Below, piece after piece: positions 48,300 to 62,300 of a stretch of 64,000 nucleotides of DNA. The notes beneath the pieces were generated by a model. It saw only the letters and a program-made list of their open reading frames with translations, ran no database searches and was not told the DNA's origin. The stretch spans positions 3,906,480 through 3,970,479 of the forward strand of contig OZ316898.1 of the NCBI GenBank assembly GCA_973895155.1, given 5' to 3'. How positions within the stretch are numbered: position 1 is the first letter of the stretch; the number at the start of each line of letters is the position of its first letter. The translations under genes and the position numbers were made by a program. This DNA is from Marsupella aquatica. Lineage: Eukaryota; Plantae; Marchantiophyta.

Positions 48300-49940
48300 C
48301 TAAAGCCCAGAGAGTGAAGGTGATACAATGGATGGTACACGTTGTGTTGGAGAGGGGGGGTGACGATAATGGAGTATGTGCTGCTGCAATGAGGTGTTTC
48401 CCTGAGATATTTAGGAGCAGCCCTCATGCCAATCTTGTAAAGGCCTGGAGGTGGTGGCGAGGGCATGAGCACACCTTGAATTTATTGGCGGATGACCAAC
48501 TCTCCATCAGTCATACATTTTGAGGAGCTAGGAAGAGAGTAGATCTGAAAGCATCGACAAGTCAAGGTAGGGAAGCAATAGAATTGGTGCAATGGCTATA
48601 TCTGTTTATGTTGGAAGACTTTGTTTGTTTAAGACTGCCGGTTTGAAGTTTTTGCCCTCAGTTTTAATGCTTGTGGCCAAGAATGCGCTCACAAGCAATC
48701 CTCACCCCCGATTCACCTCTTAAGCTGTCTTGGATGGAAACACTATGCCTGGACTACGCCCCTTATTGACCGAATCAATCTTTGATGGATTCAACAAGGT
48801 CAAGAGCACTAAGTATGACAGATGGATCTGTCATACTTAAATGCACAGATCGCAGACTGGAAAACTCATGGTATCCCCAAAGAAGCAAGAAGTCATAGAA
48901 TGATTAGTAGCGTATCACATGGGAGAGTTTGCTAAAGGCTTTAGAGATAGAACTTTTGATGAGAATCTACAAGAAAACATCGATGAGACACACTTTCAGG
49001 TCAATTTTGACAATGGGAGAACTTTGGGATTTCGAGGGGATACGGAAGTGAAGTACTGCAATGTCGTTTCAGGCGATGTTGGCATAACCATGGTTGTGAA
49101 GATCACGGGAGGAGCAAATGTTAAGATTGCCAGGCCATTTTTTATTTTCCAAAATGAAGATGGAAATTATCTGATGAAAGGCGTTCCCAACATAGTGCCC
49201 GACGTAATGTACAGGACTACAAAGAAAGGATTTATGACAAGCACGTGTCTTGCACAGTACCACAAAGAGCCAAGAGTAAGCTTTGTAGATCCATCGGGCC
49301 GACTAAAGATGCAGTGGATGGACAATTTCTCTGGACACAATGTGACACAAAAAGCAAAATCAACTTTGGTGGATATCAAGACTAAGGTGTGATATTTCCC
49401 CTCGGGGGTTTCACTTCCACAAAAATGGCACATCACGTGCGACGAAAGATAGGGTCATTTTATTGGTTTGAAGGAAAGACTTAAGAATTTTTGCAGAAGA
49501 ACAATAGGGTCTTTTAAATTCAATTTTGAGACTTATAAGAACATTAGGATCTTTCTAACCAAAATTTCGGAGTATTATAGGGGTTGAAAAATAATGTTTT
49601 CTTACATTTTAGGGAGTCCGAGGCCTTAAAATGTCACAGGGGATGGGGAGGCATGATCCATATAGTGAGACCCCCAGGAGTATTTCTCGAGTAATTCCAC
49701 ACACCTTGTCCAACCTTGTGATTTTTTCGTCATCTCGAAATTGAAAGATGCTTGGAGTAGTAGGTGGGAGGAAAAAAACTGGAGTTACTTTATGATGGAC
49801 AGTGGCAAGAATAGGCAAGAGAGCTAGTGGGAAGTTGAAGGACCCGGGGAAGTTGTACTTGAGTTCTTGAAGCTTGCCACAGAATGTGTGAAGGTAGTCA
49901 ACAAGCAAGTTGACAAGCACGGGATAAAATATGCTAGAAA
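48300..49940 (+). pseudogene. Decayed pogo/Tc1-mariner-superfamily DDD transposase
   Basis: ENIDETHF, WMDNFSGH and, after the MITE, NSTHLVQPCD form the pogo-type DDD triad; many stops and frameshifts; TIRs not clearly defined. Confidence 0.78.
49401..49680. mobile_element. 280-bp hAT-like MITE inserted in the transposase
   Basis: TIRs ctcgggggtttcact / agtgagacccccaggag; near-perfect 8-bp TSD tatttccc (49393-49400) / tatttctc (49681-49688); removal joins YFP to SNSTHLVQP. Confidence 0.78.
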
Positions 49941-51793
49941 AGCTAATACCCTCCAACACACCACTCGCAAAACTCCAAACCCCTCATTCCCACAACCCGC
50001 AACCACCCTAAACCTTGCAACACACCACTCCCAAGACTCCCCACTCAAAACCCCGCTCAAAACTCCAAACCCCAAACCCCTCAACCCCACAACACTCAAC
50101 CCTCACACACCCCAACCACCCTCAACCCTGCAAAACTGCCCTCAATCGCTGGGGTGCACGAAAAAGACCTCATAGAAAAAGACCACGAGAAAGACCGCAA
50201 AGACCGGGCATTGCGATCGTTGGGCTGCACGAATATTAGAGTACTCGATAACTATTGAAAAGTTAATTATTCGTGAAAGTGTTCCAACAGGACTTTTGCC
50301 CTAAACTTAGTTACTCTTCTGGATATAAGACTTTTTCATCCTATTTTACTTAGGGAGAAAGAAGTCTTCAAACTCACTGCCTATCAATTCTGTGGATCCT
50401 GTCCAATCTAGTGCGTGCTAGCGTTCCTGCTATCCTCCTTTGTATTTACTCTCTTCTCTCTTCTGGACGTGGTTGTTGCTCGATTCATGAATTCCTTCAT
50501 ATTCGGGAGCGATGGCGAGGAACCATTCTTTTTGAAGTGGAATTCTTTTCCTCAAGTTCCGAGCACTTGACATCAAGTTGATTGTTAGTTCAGATTTTAA
50601 GGCTTGATCGACATTATTTTGAATTGTTAATTGAGTGACTTAGAGACCGGAACTGGCAGAATCAAATAGATGAAGTGATCCAAGGCCGCTACCAACCCAC
50701 TCACTTCATCGGGCACAGGATGACTGAGAATTTCCTAATGTCATGAGTTGCAAATATGAATCTAGCTTTGCAAAACTATACAGCAGCAACATACTGCTTT
50801 AAACAATCATACACGGACACACGTAACTCTATCACATGTCATGCCTATCTCATTGCGTGTGCTTTTGGGCTCAAAACCAGTACCAACGCATCCTAAAGTT
50901 TACATTAGTAACCCATGCAGAAAGAGGGCAATTGCTCATACCTTTGTTATCCAATTTTCCAATGAATAAGTTCAGACTATGTACGGGTAGATGTTTTTGG
51001 AAAGTGTGCGGAATGTGGGCACAGGTTCACATTCCTTTGTGCATGAATGTGTTGCGGATTTTTATGAGGGCTGAGCTCTGCTAGCTGCCCCACGCACACT
51101 TATACAATTCAAATTCCACACTACGGATTAGTATTTTTTCAGCATGCACAGTTGCTTGATAACATTCAAGCCACACGAGACATACAAGGCACATTGCACT
51201 ACATAAGTCAAAACAAATATTGGTTTATATATATCGCGCATAGAGGCATATGGAACAACATTATGTAACTAGAACATGAACCGGCGCGCTGCTCTTGTAT
51301 TCTGCAATATTCGAGTGACACACTTTCAAGCCATACGAGACATACAAGGCACGTTGCAATACATGAGTCAAAACGGATATCGGTTTATATATATCGCGCA
51401 CAGAGGCATATGAAACAACATTACGTAACTAGAACATGAACCGGCGCGCTGCTTTGACTTGTCACTAGTACATATTAAGCTGATTTCCGATGCTCAATTT
51501 TTGCGAACCATCGGCGTCCGATTCTTTTAGCATCAGAAATTCCAATTATCAAAAAATGGCAATATGCCATACTCTCGGCTTCGGATATCTTCATTTCCGA
51601 TATAATTGACAACGGAACCTTTCCGATGCGTTAAAAAACGAATCATATCCGTTAGAAAATACATCGGATCCCTCAACAGAAACTTTGATTGATATGTCCG
51701 ATGTTTTTTGTAACGAAAATGATGTGCGTTACAATATTGATCGAAAACTTTCCGTAGTTAATAATAATGGATATTATATCCGATTGTGCTAAC

Positions 51794-51972
51794 ATGGCAA
51801 AGTCCGATGTTAGGAGAATGGGAAAGTCTGATGCTGGGAGTATGGGAAAGTCCGATGCTAGAAGAATGGGAAAGTCCGATGCTGGGAGAATGGGAAAGTC
51901 CGATGCTGGGAGTATGGGAAAGTCCGATGCTAGAAGAATGGGAAAGTCCGATGCTGGGAGTATGGGAAAGTC
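51794..51972 (+). repeat. CACTA subterminal array, 21-bp unit ATGGGAAAGTCCGATGCTGGG-like (~8 copies)
   Basis: Direct reading; produces the spurious MGKSDAR repeat ORF. Confidence 0.9.
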
Positions 51973-52821
51973 TGGTTATGACAAAAAGAAAATTTTTGAT
52001 TGTGTTAGAATGAAAATTTTTGATGTGTTAGATGGGGTATGTGGTTGCACCGACATACTCTTCCCAAAAGATGCAATCATTCTTGCATGCATGAATAACT
52101 TCATACTTGAGGCAAATGGACTTGAGTGTTGTTTTTGCCTCATTCCAAGACCCAACATATTGTTCCCTTACGAAAATATGTGCTCAACATGCCAAGTCCA
52201 AAATACATCATCTAGAAGGAGGTTGCTTGTCCCATGTAGTCTTTGTTGCAAGTCCAACAACAACATAGTTGATAAAAGATGAGACAATCAGGAGCCATTG
52301 ACGCTGAGGCTTTGGAAGGACCAAAATATCATCCATAACTAATAAGCCATAATTATCCCATATCAAATCTAATGAAGGAGGGCTTTACTATCGATGAATG
52401 ACCCCTGCCAGATTTCTATTGGTTTCTCCTAGGGGAATGTAATAGGGTAACTAGAATAGGTCACTTGATGCAAAGATCTAATCTCATGATAGAGAAAAAT
52501 GGATCAAGAATGGGTCCAAATTATGGGTCTTAGTAAACTCACAAGTGTATAAAATCCTCAAACACTCTAAGTCAAACAACAAAAGTGCTAAGCTTGCATG
52601 TACAATGTAAGGAATAAGAACCACAAAGTTAAGCTCATGTTGGAGGAATAGCAATTGGGATGGGTGACCAATTAGTTGAGAAAATTTGAAGAGTTCACAT
52701 GTCAAGGGAGATGGGCACCTAGCTCATAGTTCCAAATGAAAGTAGAAACCCAATTAAAGGAAGAGATGGGTGACCTGAGCATGTCGCGTCCGCTGAAATG
52801 CATATCCCATTTTGATTGCTT

Positions 52822-52976
52822 CGGACTTTCCCATTCTCCTAGCATCGGACTTTCCCATTCTCTCACCATCGGACTTTCCCATTCTCCTAGCATCGGACTT
52901 TCCCATTCTCTCACCATCGGACTTTCCCATTCTCCTAGCATCGGACTTTCCCATTCTCCCACCATCGGACTTTCCG
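52822..52976 (-). repeat. CACTA subterminal array, inverted copy of the 21-bp unit (~7 copies)
   Basis: catcggactttcccattctc repeats. Confidence 0.9.
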
Positions 52977-55900
52977 ATAGAAGTCCGATTGTCGATATTC
53001 GATACTATTAAAATGGTATGTTGCGATGCTAGTAGTATCGGATATATGGTTTTCCAAATTTTATTTTACAAAGGCGTCCGATGTGGAGAGAATCGGAAAA
53101 AGGAGGTAAAATGTACTAGTGTGTATTCTGCAACATTCGAGTGACACAACAAGGCACATTGCACTACATAAGTCAAAACGGATATCGGTTTATATATATC
53201 GCGCACAGAGGCATATGAAACAACATTATGTAACTAGAACATGAATCGGCGCACTGTTCTTGTATTCTGCAACATTTGAGTGACACAAACTGTCCTCATC
53301 CCTGCTAAAAGTAGTTTCTATATTTGTGCAACATATGCATGGCGCGCACAAACGGAATGCTTGTGTCACAGCAAAACAACGATGCTGCTTGTGTCACTGT
53401 GACAAGATGATGTGTCGGCATTGGACATTGTGGAGCAGTCCCGCCATGCCAAACCTACTATTTTGTAGATGACGCGCAATCATCGTCAAGACCAGCTGTA
53501 GTTCGGTATAGATCAGCTTTAAATCCCAACCCTCGGGTTCTGATATATCCACGAGAAGGTCGGTGTTCATCCGTCCTAGCTTGGCCAACACCCGGTGTCG
53601 TAGTATTCTGGAGATCAACGCGGCCATGAAACTCTGCGCAACGCATCTCGGTCGCTCGAGTTAGAGTCACTGAATATGGAGGCCTATAAATGGTAAACCA
53701 TTCCGTGATCGACTTTGGGGGGAGTCTCGAACCCAAAGGACATGACGCTCCCCGAGACTAACCGCCTCGTCAAGAGGAAGAAGGTGCCGGTTGCAAAAAT
53801 TGGTCAAATCAGTCACCTCAGTCGATATGGACACGGCGGGTAAAAAGCTCATAGCCTCCGAAGGCAAAACATGTCGTCCTGGCTCGAGCGTGGTCTCAAT
53901 TCAATCCATGAGGTTGTTTGTTGCAGTGCCGATCTCCCAACTACAATAACTTTGCTATGGCAAAAAACTGACCTCCCATCAAAGCCAAAGCCTATTTAAG
54001 CCACATTTTTGTCTGCTCCAAGTCGGTTAAGGATGCCGACTTCCCGGAATGGTTACAGATTTACGGTTTAGGGTAAGCAAGTGCAGAAATTGCGATTGTC
54101 GTGTGATTTTCAAATTGTCCACTGTCGCCCCAAAGGTGATGAAATAGATTTCTTGCAATTTTAAATTGTTTTTAATTTTCTAATTTGTGATTGGCTGAAC
54201 TTTAGTTCAGTAGATGTGATGGGGAGCCCAAAAATGGCCCCAAAATACTTTGGTTCCAATACTTTCGTTCCAAAATACATTGGTCTGCTATACTTTGTCT
54301 TTTGTAACGGGTATGGCACCCGTGACAAAAAATAGGAAACAGGTTTCCTGGTACCAGCAAATTTTTTTTTGTTACCAGCAAAAAGTTATTGTTACCAGGA
54401 AAATGACAATCAAAAAATATTTTCTAAAAAGTCACATTTTCCAAAAAAAATTAAATAAAAATATATTTTGGCTAGCTTTGGGCGCTAGCAAAAATATGTT
54501 TTCGGCAAAAAACAAATTTCAAAAACAAATTTCAAAAAATTTCAAAAAAAAATTACCACTCATTTTCCTGTTAACAGTTTATGTTTTCTGTTACTAGTTT
54601 TTGTTTCCTGTTATTGTTTGCTGTTGTTTGTAAATACCTCTTTGTAACTAGGCCTCACTTGAGAAGAGTAAAATATTTTCCCCAGAGTATTGTACATGTA
54701 CTGCAGCATGAGAAAAAATGGGATGAGAGAGAGCATTTAATGTTTTATTTATTTCTAGAGAGTGTTTATTGCTATTGATTCTCTTTTGTTCCTCCATAAA
54801 TGTCAATGTCTTTGTTTTTTTCCTTTGTTTCTTTAATTCCTTTGGGTGAAATGGGTCACAAAGCAAATGTCGCATGTAGCTTTTGTGATGCATGCATGAT
54901 GATAAAATGATATATTAACCAGATTTGTTTTAGTTTTTGTCTTTTCTCATCACCATTCCATTCCTTTTTGTGTGAAAGGTTTTTGGTCATTTAGGTCCAC
55001 GCTATACTAATTTACATTATATTTTCTATTTATTGATTACTTTCCTATTTGGCACTCCAATTGGCGAACCCGTGGAACATGTTTTTTTATAATTTTTTCC
55101 GTCTTATAGTGATGTGTAATTATTTTAATTTATTTATGATGAAAGAAGGGAGTAGACCATGTAAAGTACATGCAAAGAAAAGCACATATTAATGACCAGG
55201 AAAGTGCAAAGGAACTTAAGAGTTGTGCATATAAGGTACATGTTTTCTCTTCATTCTAACTCAATTAAAACAATATTGTAAACGAAACCATGAGGGGAAC
55301 ATAGTATACTAGATGTGCACATTGTTCAAAAACGTTCCTCTCACATAGAATTCACTAAGGAATGTTTGGAAATGAAAGATAAAATATTCTTGAGGGAAGT
55401 CAAAATAAATTAAGGTATTCATTAAGTTAATTTGAAATTCAATCAATACAAATGATTCACCTTGTTAAGGGCACATTAAAATTCAAATACTGGATGCAAA
55501 ATCTGAATAAGACTAAACATGACAATTGAATTCACCATATAGCATTATTGTAGTGTGAAAATAAGCCAGGATGGTTTATAGGTTTTTGTGATCATTGTCA
55601 TGTTCACATCTACAAGCCATATAACAAACGATATGTCCTTAAGTTCAAATTTCCACCATTTGAATTAAAAATAATTAGGGTTTTCCCCTTCTTGAACCAT
55701 CTTGCCATCAAGTCTTGCCTATTCATGGAAAACTTTATGTAGAGGGGTTTCTCTTTGTTTTTTGATATACTATTCTTATTCTTATTACTTTATCAAATCA
55801 TTTTTGTCTCACGCACTTTTCGATACTCATCTTTATTGAAGGTCAACGAATAGAATTTAGGATAGTCAGGCAACCAACTGGATCACGAGGGATGAGGTTG

Positions 55901-57915
55901 CTGTCTTTAGTAGTAAGTAGTAGACGTGATAAAAATTTGATCCGTTTACTAGGCTACGCATAGGCAAGTTACACATTAAGGATATGGGCCGACAGCGATG
56001 CACGTTGACGTACACAAATTATTATTTAGATGATTGTGGAGTGCAAAACTACACAAGGGTTGTCAGTCTGTCACTACCAGGCACGCACCTGAATCCGTGG
56101 GCTAATCCCAGTCATGATTTGACTTGGACCTGTGAGGCAGCGGAAATTGAATATGGATGGGATGCGGCGACTCAATCATGACAGATCAGACTTGCCCCCC
56201 TTGTTTTGATTTTTCCCCATTGTGTGCTGGCCCGTCGCCCGAGCCAATTCATCCACATCATTGCTAGTCTCCAAAGGATTTTTGCGAGATACCATTGGTC
56301 TGGAGTTGTGCGCAGTTCTACGTTGCATTTTTCACTGTCCATTATCATTGTCAATTGAACTTGAATTAAATGTGAATGCACACAGATTAAAACCTTGTCG
56401 ATGCTATTCAGTTCACCTTCCGGGGAGGGCAAGTTGGATTGTCTCCGAATTAGGTTGACAGAAAGATAAGCCTAATTTTGCTTTAGGCTTTAGATCACCT
56501 CCTGAAAGTAGAATCTACGATGGATTTTTTCTAGTTTCTTCGGGAAACAAACAATGAGCTTCACGGGAGGTCGTGGGTTCTCCAGGGTTGCGCTATGCTG
56601 GACAGTTTGGCCGAGCTAGACATAAGGTTTTATAGGGGCTTTCTAAGGAAGAGAAAGAAATTGTACATAACTCAACTGCCCACAAAAACTCTAAACTACT
56701 TATTAGCTACTTAGTGATCAGTTTGTCAGTCAGATAAAGTGTGCGTATGACTGGACTGTGTGTACAGTCAATAATTAAATCACTGCCCTCCTAAGTGCAA
56801 CAGACGGCCATCTATGGTCCAACGGGAGGGAATGGTCAACGCCCTTCAGAAGTATAATTAATAACATATGCATCTCCCGCCACACATCTTGCCCCGCCCA
56901 CCCCCACCCAAAAGACTAGGGGCAGAAGCCCAGGTTCAGGAGATGAAGGTCAACTTGGGATGGGTCACTCGAGGAATGAGGTCCAGAAAAAAGAGAAAGT
57001 TGTTAAAGTGCACAACCTGAATGAAGTGGCTATGTAAATTTTATCGGTAGCCTCACTTAGTTCATGAAGCATGATTGAAGTACACAGTAAATTACGAAGA
57101 ACATCACTAAGTGATTATCCACACGGCTTAAAAAAAGTGACACATATCTCGGTCATCCTCTTCCATATTCTACAAGAGAGTCATGTAGACAATCACAATT
57201 ATTTCTCTTGTACAATAATATGCGACAGTTCAAGCAAGCTGACTACGTGAATATCACAACTAAATAGGAGCAACCTTAGTTGGGAAATCTAGGCCAAACC
57301 TATTCTCCATGTTCAAAGGTATTTGGATATGCACAACACCATTCACAATAGTCCTACTGTCGCACATTTTTTTCACCCATGTTTCTGAACGTCTACATGC
57401 ACGAGCATATAATTGCAAATTTCTAAATGTTTGGCCTTGTCAATCATTTCCTATGGGGTTTGCGCGCGAGTATCCACAATCTAGCCATATATTTGACACA
57501 CCTCCATGATCCATTCACTCTCAAAACAACGCACATTTTACTGGATATAAATGTAGAGTCCGAATGGCATTTGAATTGACGGTTTTTCCTAGAACTCTAT
57601 ACTTAAAACTTACACCCTAATATAAAACGCTATGAGCATCAGACATGAAATCACGCATAGTACAGGCTAGAGTGATCTATGGTAGTACATCGATGTCCTG
57701 GCCTGAATGGCGTTGAATCCTAAACATGTGCCAAGCTCTGTAATGGTCAGGACACCCATGTAATTCAAGCAATTCAACAACGCTAGTTGAATCCTAAACA
57801 TGCGCCAAGCTGTAATTAACAAAGGCTGCACAGTTTGGCCCTCAAGGGTTGTTTTCCTTATTATTTTTAATAGTTTTTTAATAGTTTTCTAGTATACTTC
57901 CATGTGAGCGTCAAC

Positions 57916-58962
57916 TTGCTCCAAATCTCAATCCAACCAAATTGTCTAGGTGCGATCGACTCAAAACATTGATCAGCGGGAATCTTGTATATATTTCCAA
58001 GCCAATCGGTACTAAAACTCATTCCAATATCCACACATATCCCTACTATCTATGTCCCGCCTGCAATTGGACACGATTCGGTTTAGGGTAACCAAAAATA
58101 GTCTCAACCCTAATTCAACTACATTCTACAAAAACCGTCAAACGATGCCTCGGCTCTACAACACCACCATGGCTGCAAAATATGTTGCCAACTCCTGAAC
58201 GCCAGTCACTGCCATCCCGTATCAAACCTTAAAGTAACCTTAACTTGTCTTCCACCCTCACAATCCTACAGAAAACCCATTGAGAAACAGAGATAAACAT
58301 TCACCACATAACACACATCCATAGCAGCAAACTGACATGATGGCCACATTCCTTTTGAGAGAAACATCCAGACATGGGAAATACCAAGAAGTTTATCTAA
58401 CAGTATACCAACAAAAATATCCACAACTCCAAAAACCCTTGCTCCAAATCTCAATCCAACCGAATTGTCTGGGTGCGATTGACTACAAATATCGATCAAC
58501 GGGAATCCTATGTGTATTTCCAAGCCAATCGATACTAAAACTTGTTTCAATGTCCACACATATCCCTACTATCTATGTCCAGCCTGCAATTGGACACAAT
58601 TCAGTTTAGGGTAACCAGAAATAGTCTCGACCCTAATTCAACTACGCTCTACAAAAACCATCAAACAACGCCTCGACTTTGCAACACCACAACGGCTGCA
58701 AAAAATGCCCCCAACTCATGACCGCCAGTCGCCGTCGTCCCGTATCAAACCTCAAAGCAACCTTAATTTGTCTTCCACCCTCACAATCCTACAAAAAACA
58801 TTGAGAAACAAAGATATACATTCACCACACAACACATATCCATAGCAACAAACTGACACGAAGGCCACATTCCTTTTGAGAGAAACATCTAGATGTGGGA
58901 AATATCAAAATGGGCAGAAGTTAATCTAACAATAGACTGGCCTGCCAAAAAAAATATCCACA
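57916..58962. repeat. ~523-bp tandem duplication (2 diverged copies)
   Basis: ttgctccaaatctcaatccaacc at 57916 and 58439, colinear through aaaaatatccacaa. Confidence 0.88.
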
Positions 58963-59353
58963 ATGCACGTCCCGCGACTCATGTGTTTGAGTGTTACAAA
59001 ATGTGCTCGTCTTGAGCTACGTACCCACCCGTACGCTCTTACATAATTCTGAGCGCTCACCAAAAGATCGACAATGCGCTCTTGAGTAGTCTAAGAAACC
59101 ACATCCCACCATCTATGCTTGAAGGCAACTCTAAACTCTGAAGCAACAACTACGTACGCTGCCATATATTGCTTCCAGTTGCAAAGGAAGTTGTTGGTCC
59201 ATAAAGACTAACTTATTTGCCCATGGGAGAAAGAACTCGATCCTCCGCCATCAATGTCAAAGTTCTCGCCATAGTATTGACAATACGTAGCTAGCGATTA
59301 ATTACACCCAGCTTCCTCTCCTCCTTCGAACCGGGGGCGATGTTCCCCTCTTA

Positions 59354-62300
59354 TGTAGTATCACACTAGGGACATAAATAAATATTTAAGATCCAAAACT
59401 TGGTATTCGTTCCCATGGAAGAACATGTAAGGAATGATTTTCTATGATTTAGCACTTTTGAATGACTTAAGTAACAAAAACACAAAGGTGAGCCTTGTAC
59501 TATGGTTGCTCAGCAAGGCATAGTTTTGAATGTTTGCTTAACATTATAAATAAAATTAACAAATGGAAAAAATTAACAAAACACAATGAAAATCTTGAGG
59601 TATGGTGAGGGAGTTAGGAAACAACCAAGGTGACTCCTCAACATAACTTTATTTGATATGATTTAGATGGTATATCCACAAAAACATTTGGAAAGGATTA
59701 CAATACTAGGATGATTACTAAAATACCGTCAACATGTCTCAACTTTTCCTTCCAAGGTACTGAGTGGAGACTAGTAATCAATCACTTCTGTATCCAATCG
59801 GTACTTTGTGTCACAAATAAGAGATACCATCATGATCAAATTTGAAGCCATAAGTACTTGGTAAGCAACAATCTTTGCATCCCGTGGACAAGCAATGTCA
59901 CGTCAAAAACTATGCATCAAGAACTAAGGAATATGTGAAATATCACCAACAAGGAATCTATTTCCACATACTCAAAAGATTTAACAATCACAATAATTTT
60001 ACTTCAAGGGTCCAAACTTCTCATTCATTTAGACTTGAAGGGGGAAGAATTCCTTTGTATTAAGTACTCATATGCAATGGAGTGCTTGCTAGAAATGGAG
60101 GTAACAAAGTTGTAATCTTGCAACTGAGCGCTCATGAAATTTTTTCACACAAGAAATGACATGAGAACTACTATCTATAGGCTAGCAGGAATCAATGGGA
60201 AAAGAGATAATGAAAGGACATGCCCTTTCTTATCTCAAGGGTCATAGGTAAAAGTAAAAGTAACAAAAGTGTACTATAGGAGTACTTATGGTTCAGTGGA
60301 ATGTTCCTGGAATGAAAAGCTAACTAAAAGATATTTCAGGTGTTAACTATTGTAAAAGTGGAATTAGTGGTAAAACTAATGAATAGGGGTTTTATCCAAA
60401 TTTTAATTTCTAAACTAAAAGTCATAAAAAGGTGAGACTTTGCTGAAGTGGTCTCTGATGTATATTCTTCATGCTGGCAAAATATGAGACTTTTCTGAGG
60501 TGTTTAAGTGTCTCAATAAAATAGGTAAAAGTGTTAAAAATGTTGCAGAAAACGAAAACCGGAATTTTTTAAAGTGCTGGGCGCATGCGCGCATAAGAGC
60601 ATGGGCGCATAAGCGCATTAGCGCTTTCGCGTCTAAGCAGAAAACAACAAAACTAAAATGTTTTTAACTTTCAAATCACATGTCGGTTTGAGTTGAGATT
60701 TTCAGGGTAGGTTCTATTACATAAGGGCTATCTCTTGGAAAAGTATGAGATTTTTCTGACTACTTTAAATATTTAACTAAAATTGCGTAACTCTATATAA
60801 CTTAACTATGGTCGCAGTATAGCTAATCTTGTTGGAGTAGTGCCATCGGATCTGGTTGCTGAGCTCTAGTGTAGGTGTTGGTCTGCATAGCTTCTCGAAT
60901 TGCATCCATATCTTGAGTGTGATGCCGATAGAAAGGTAAGGACTTTCGTTGTCGTTCAAGATCAAGTACAGGAAGTAGCCTCCGATGTAGCATGGTATTT
61001 ACCTTGCTAGCTTGCATGTAAATACCAATGAAGTCGTAAGTGCAGCAAGTAGCATGGTAGTTTTGAGGAAACTTGGCCATGAATATCTCGGAGTCTCTGG
61101 CAAGTGGTAGAAATGAAGTAACTCTAGGTAGGAGTTCACGTCACTTCAGAGTATACTCTGTTAATCGCTGAGAAGTAAATGTTATTCCAGATCCTCTGCT
61201 TCTCAGAGACTGGAGTAACAAATCGTTGGAGGACAACAAGCTGGACTAGAGAAGCTTCATGATTCATTTGAAATCTCCTCTTGGTTTGTCTTAAGAAGAC
61301 AATGATGAACTCCAGGACATAAGCAGGTAGATTCTCGAAATAAGCTAGAGCCAGATCTCCATTCTCCAATACAAGGTGTCCAACGAGGATCATGACAGCG
61401 AGAACAGGGCAAAAATACTCAGCTTCTGTCTAGATCTCATCCATTTCTACTATCTCCAAGCGAGTGACCTCTAGCAGATGAAGTTTCAAAATATAAAGGC
61501 ATTCAACTCTCTTCTTATGGTAATATTTCCAAAACTCTAAAATAGGAGGGGATCTAAGGTCTGAGACTCTAACAAACTCAGCAAACTGTTTAATACTTTC
61601 CTGAGGGGTTTTTGGATCAATATGCAGGGTAGGGATAAAATTAACTTGGCATGATTTGTCTTGACTGGGTGGAAGAGTGTCAGGGAAAGAAATGGCAAGA
61701 TGTGCACCTACAGGAGTGATCTCAGGTTCTGGAAAACTAGGAAAAAGTTGGTTTGGTTGGTTTGAAGGACTATAAGGAGAAGTAGGTGAATGACTAGAAG
61801 GAGAACTAGAATAAGAAATGGGAGAGCCTGATGCTGAGGTATGGGTAGCGAACTGCAGAATAAACTTGCTTGGTGTTGCAGTCAAACATCTGAGTGAATC
61901 TGTGGACGAGATCTTCACAATATTCCAAGTGCTGGTCGTGGCTTGAAATACGTGATAATCTATACATAACCTCATCTAACACCTCAATCAAATGATCAGG
62001 ATCACACTCCAACATCTTGCATATCTCACCTACAAGATTAAAATAGTACTCAGCTGAATGTCGGGGTGAAGTATTCATAATTTGTTGAAGATCCATTCCC
62101 AGTGGTGGTAATCTCTCATCTATTGGGGATCCCATGATAGTGTCGGGATTCTCGATGTCTGTCGGAGAAAGGTGATGTATAGTCCTAGGGGCTTCTGATT
62201 GTCCTTCAATGAACGGATATTTTGATTGGATAGGACTCTGGGTGGGTGAATAAATGGAAGTGGGACTGTATGGAGTAATACAGTTATAGGCTGGCGAGGG

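Larger units (their letters stand above)
51463..53121 (-). mobile_element. Non-autonomous CACTA (En/Spm) transposon, 1659 bp
   Basis: TIRs CACTAGTACAT / ATGTACTAGTG, 3-bp TSD TGT, inverted subterminal 21-bp arrays, internal Tnp2 remnant NEAKTTLKSICLKYEVIHACKNDCI on the minus strand (~52035-52145). Confidence 0.93.
51160..53290. repeat. ~160-bp tandem repeat (about 3 copies) interrupted by the CACTA element
   Basis: acaaggcacattgcactacataagtcaaaac...gtaactagaacatgaa at ~51184, ~51344 and ~53149. Confidence 0.85.

Noticed and set aside
49945-50140. Telomere-like C/A-rich tract
   Set aside because: No tandem CCCTAAA run; only degenerate low-complexity sequence.
51767-53144. ORFs with MGKSDAR / WESPMLG repeats
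   Set aside because: Translations of the 21-bp CACTA subterminal arrays, open in several frames on both strands.
53394-53950. Cluster of short minus-strand ORFs with gene-like composition
   Set aside because: No recognisable domain, consistent frame or splice structure.
54220-54650. Possible DNA-transposon end with ttgttaccag-type repeats
   Set aside because: No matching second terminus or TSD found.
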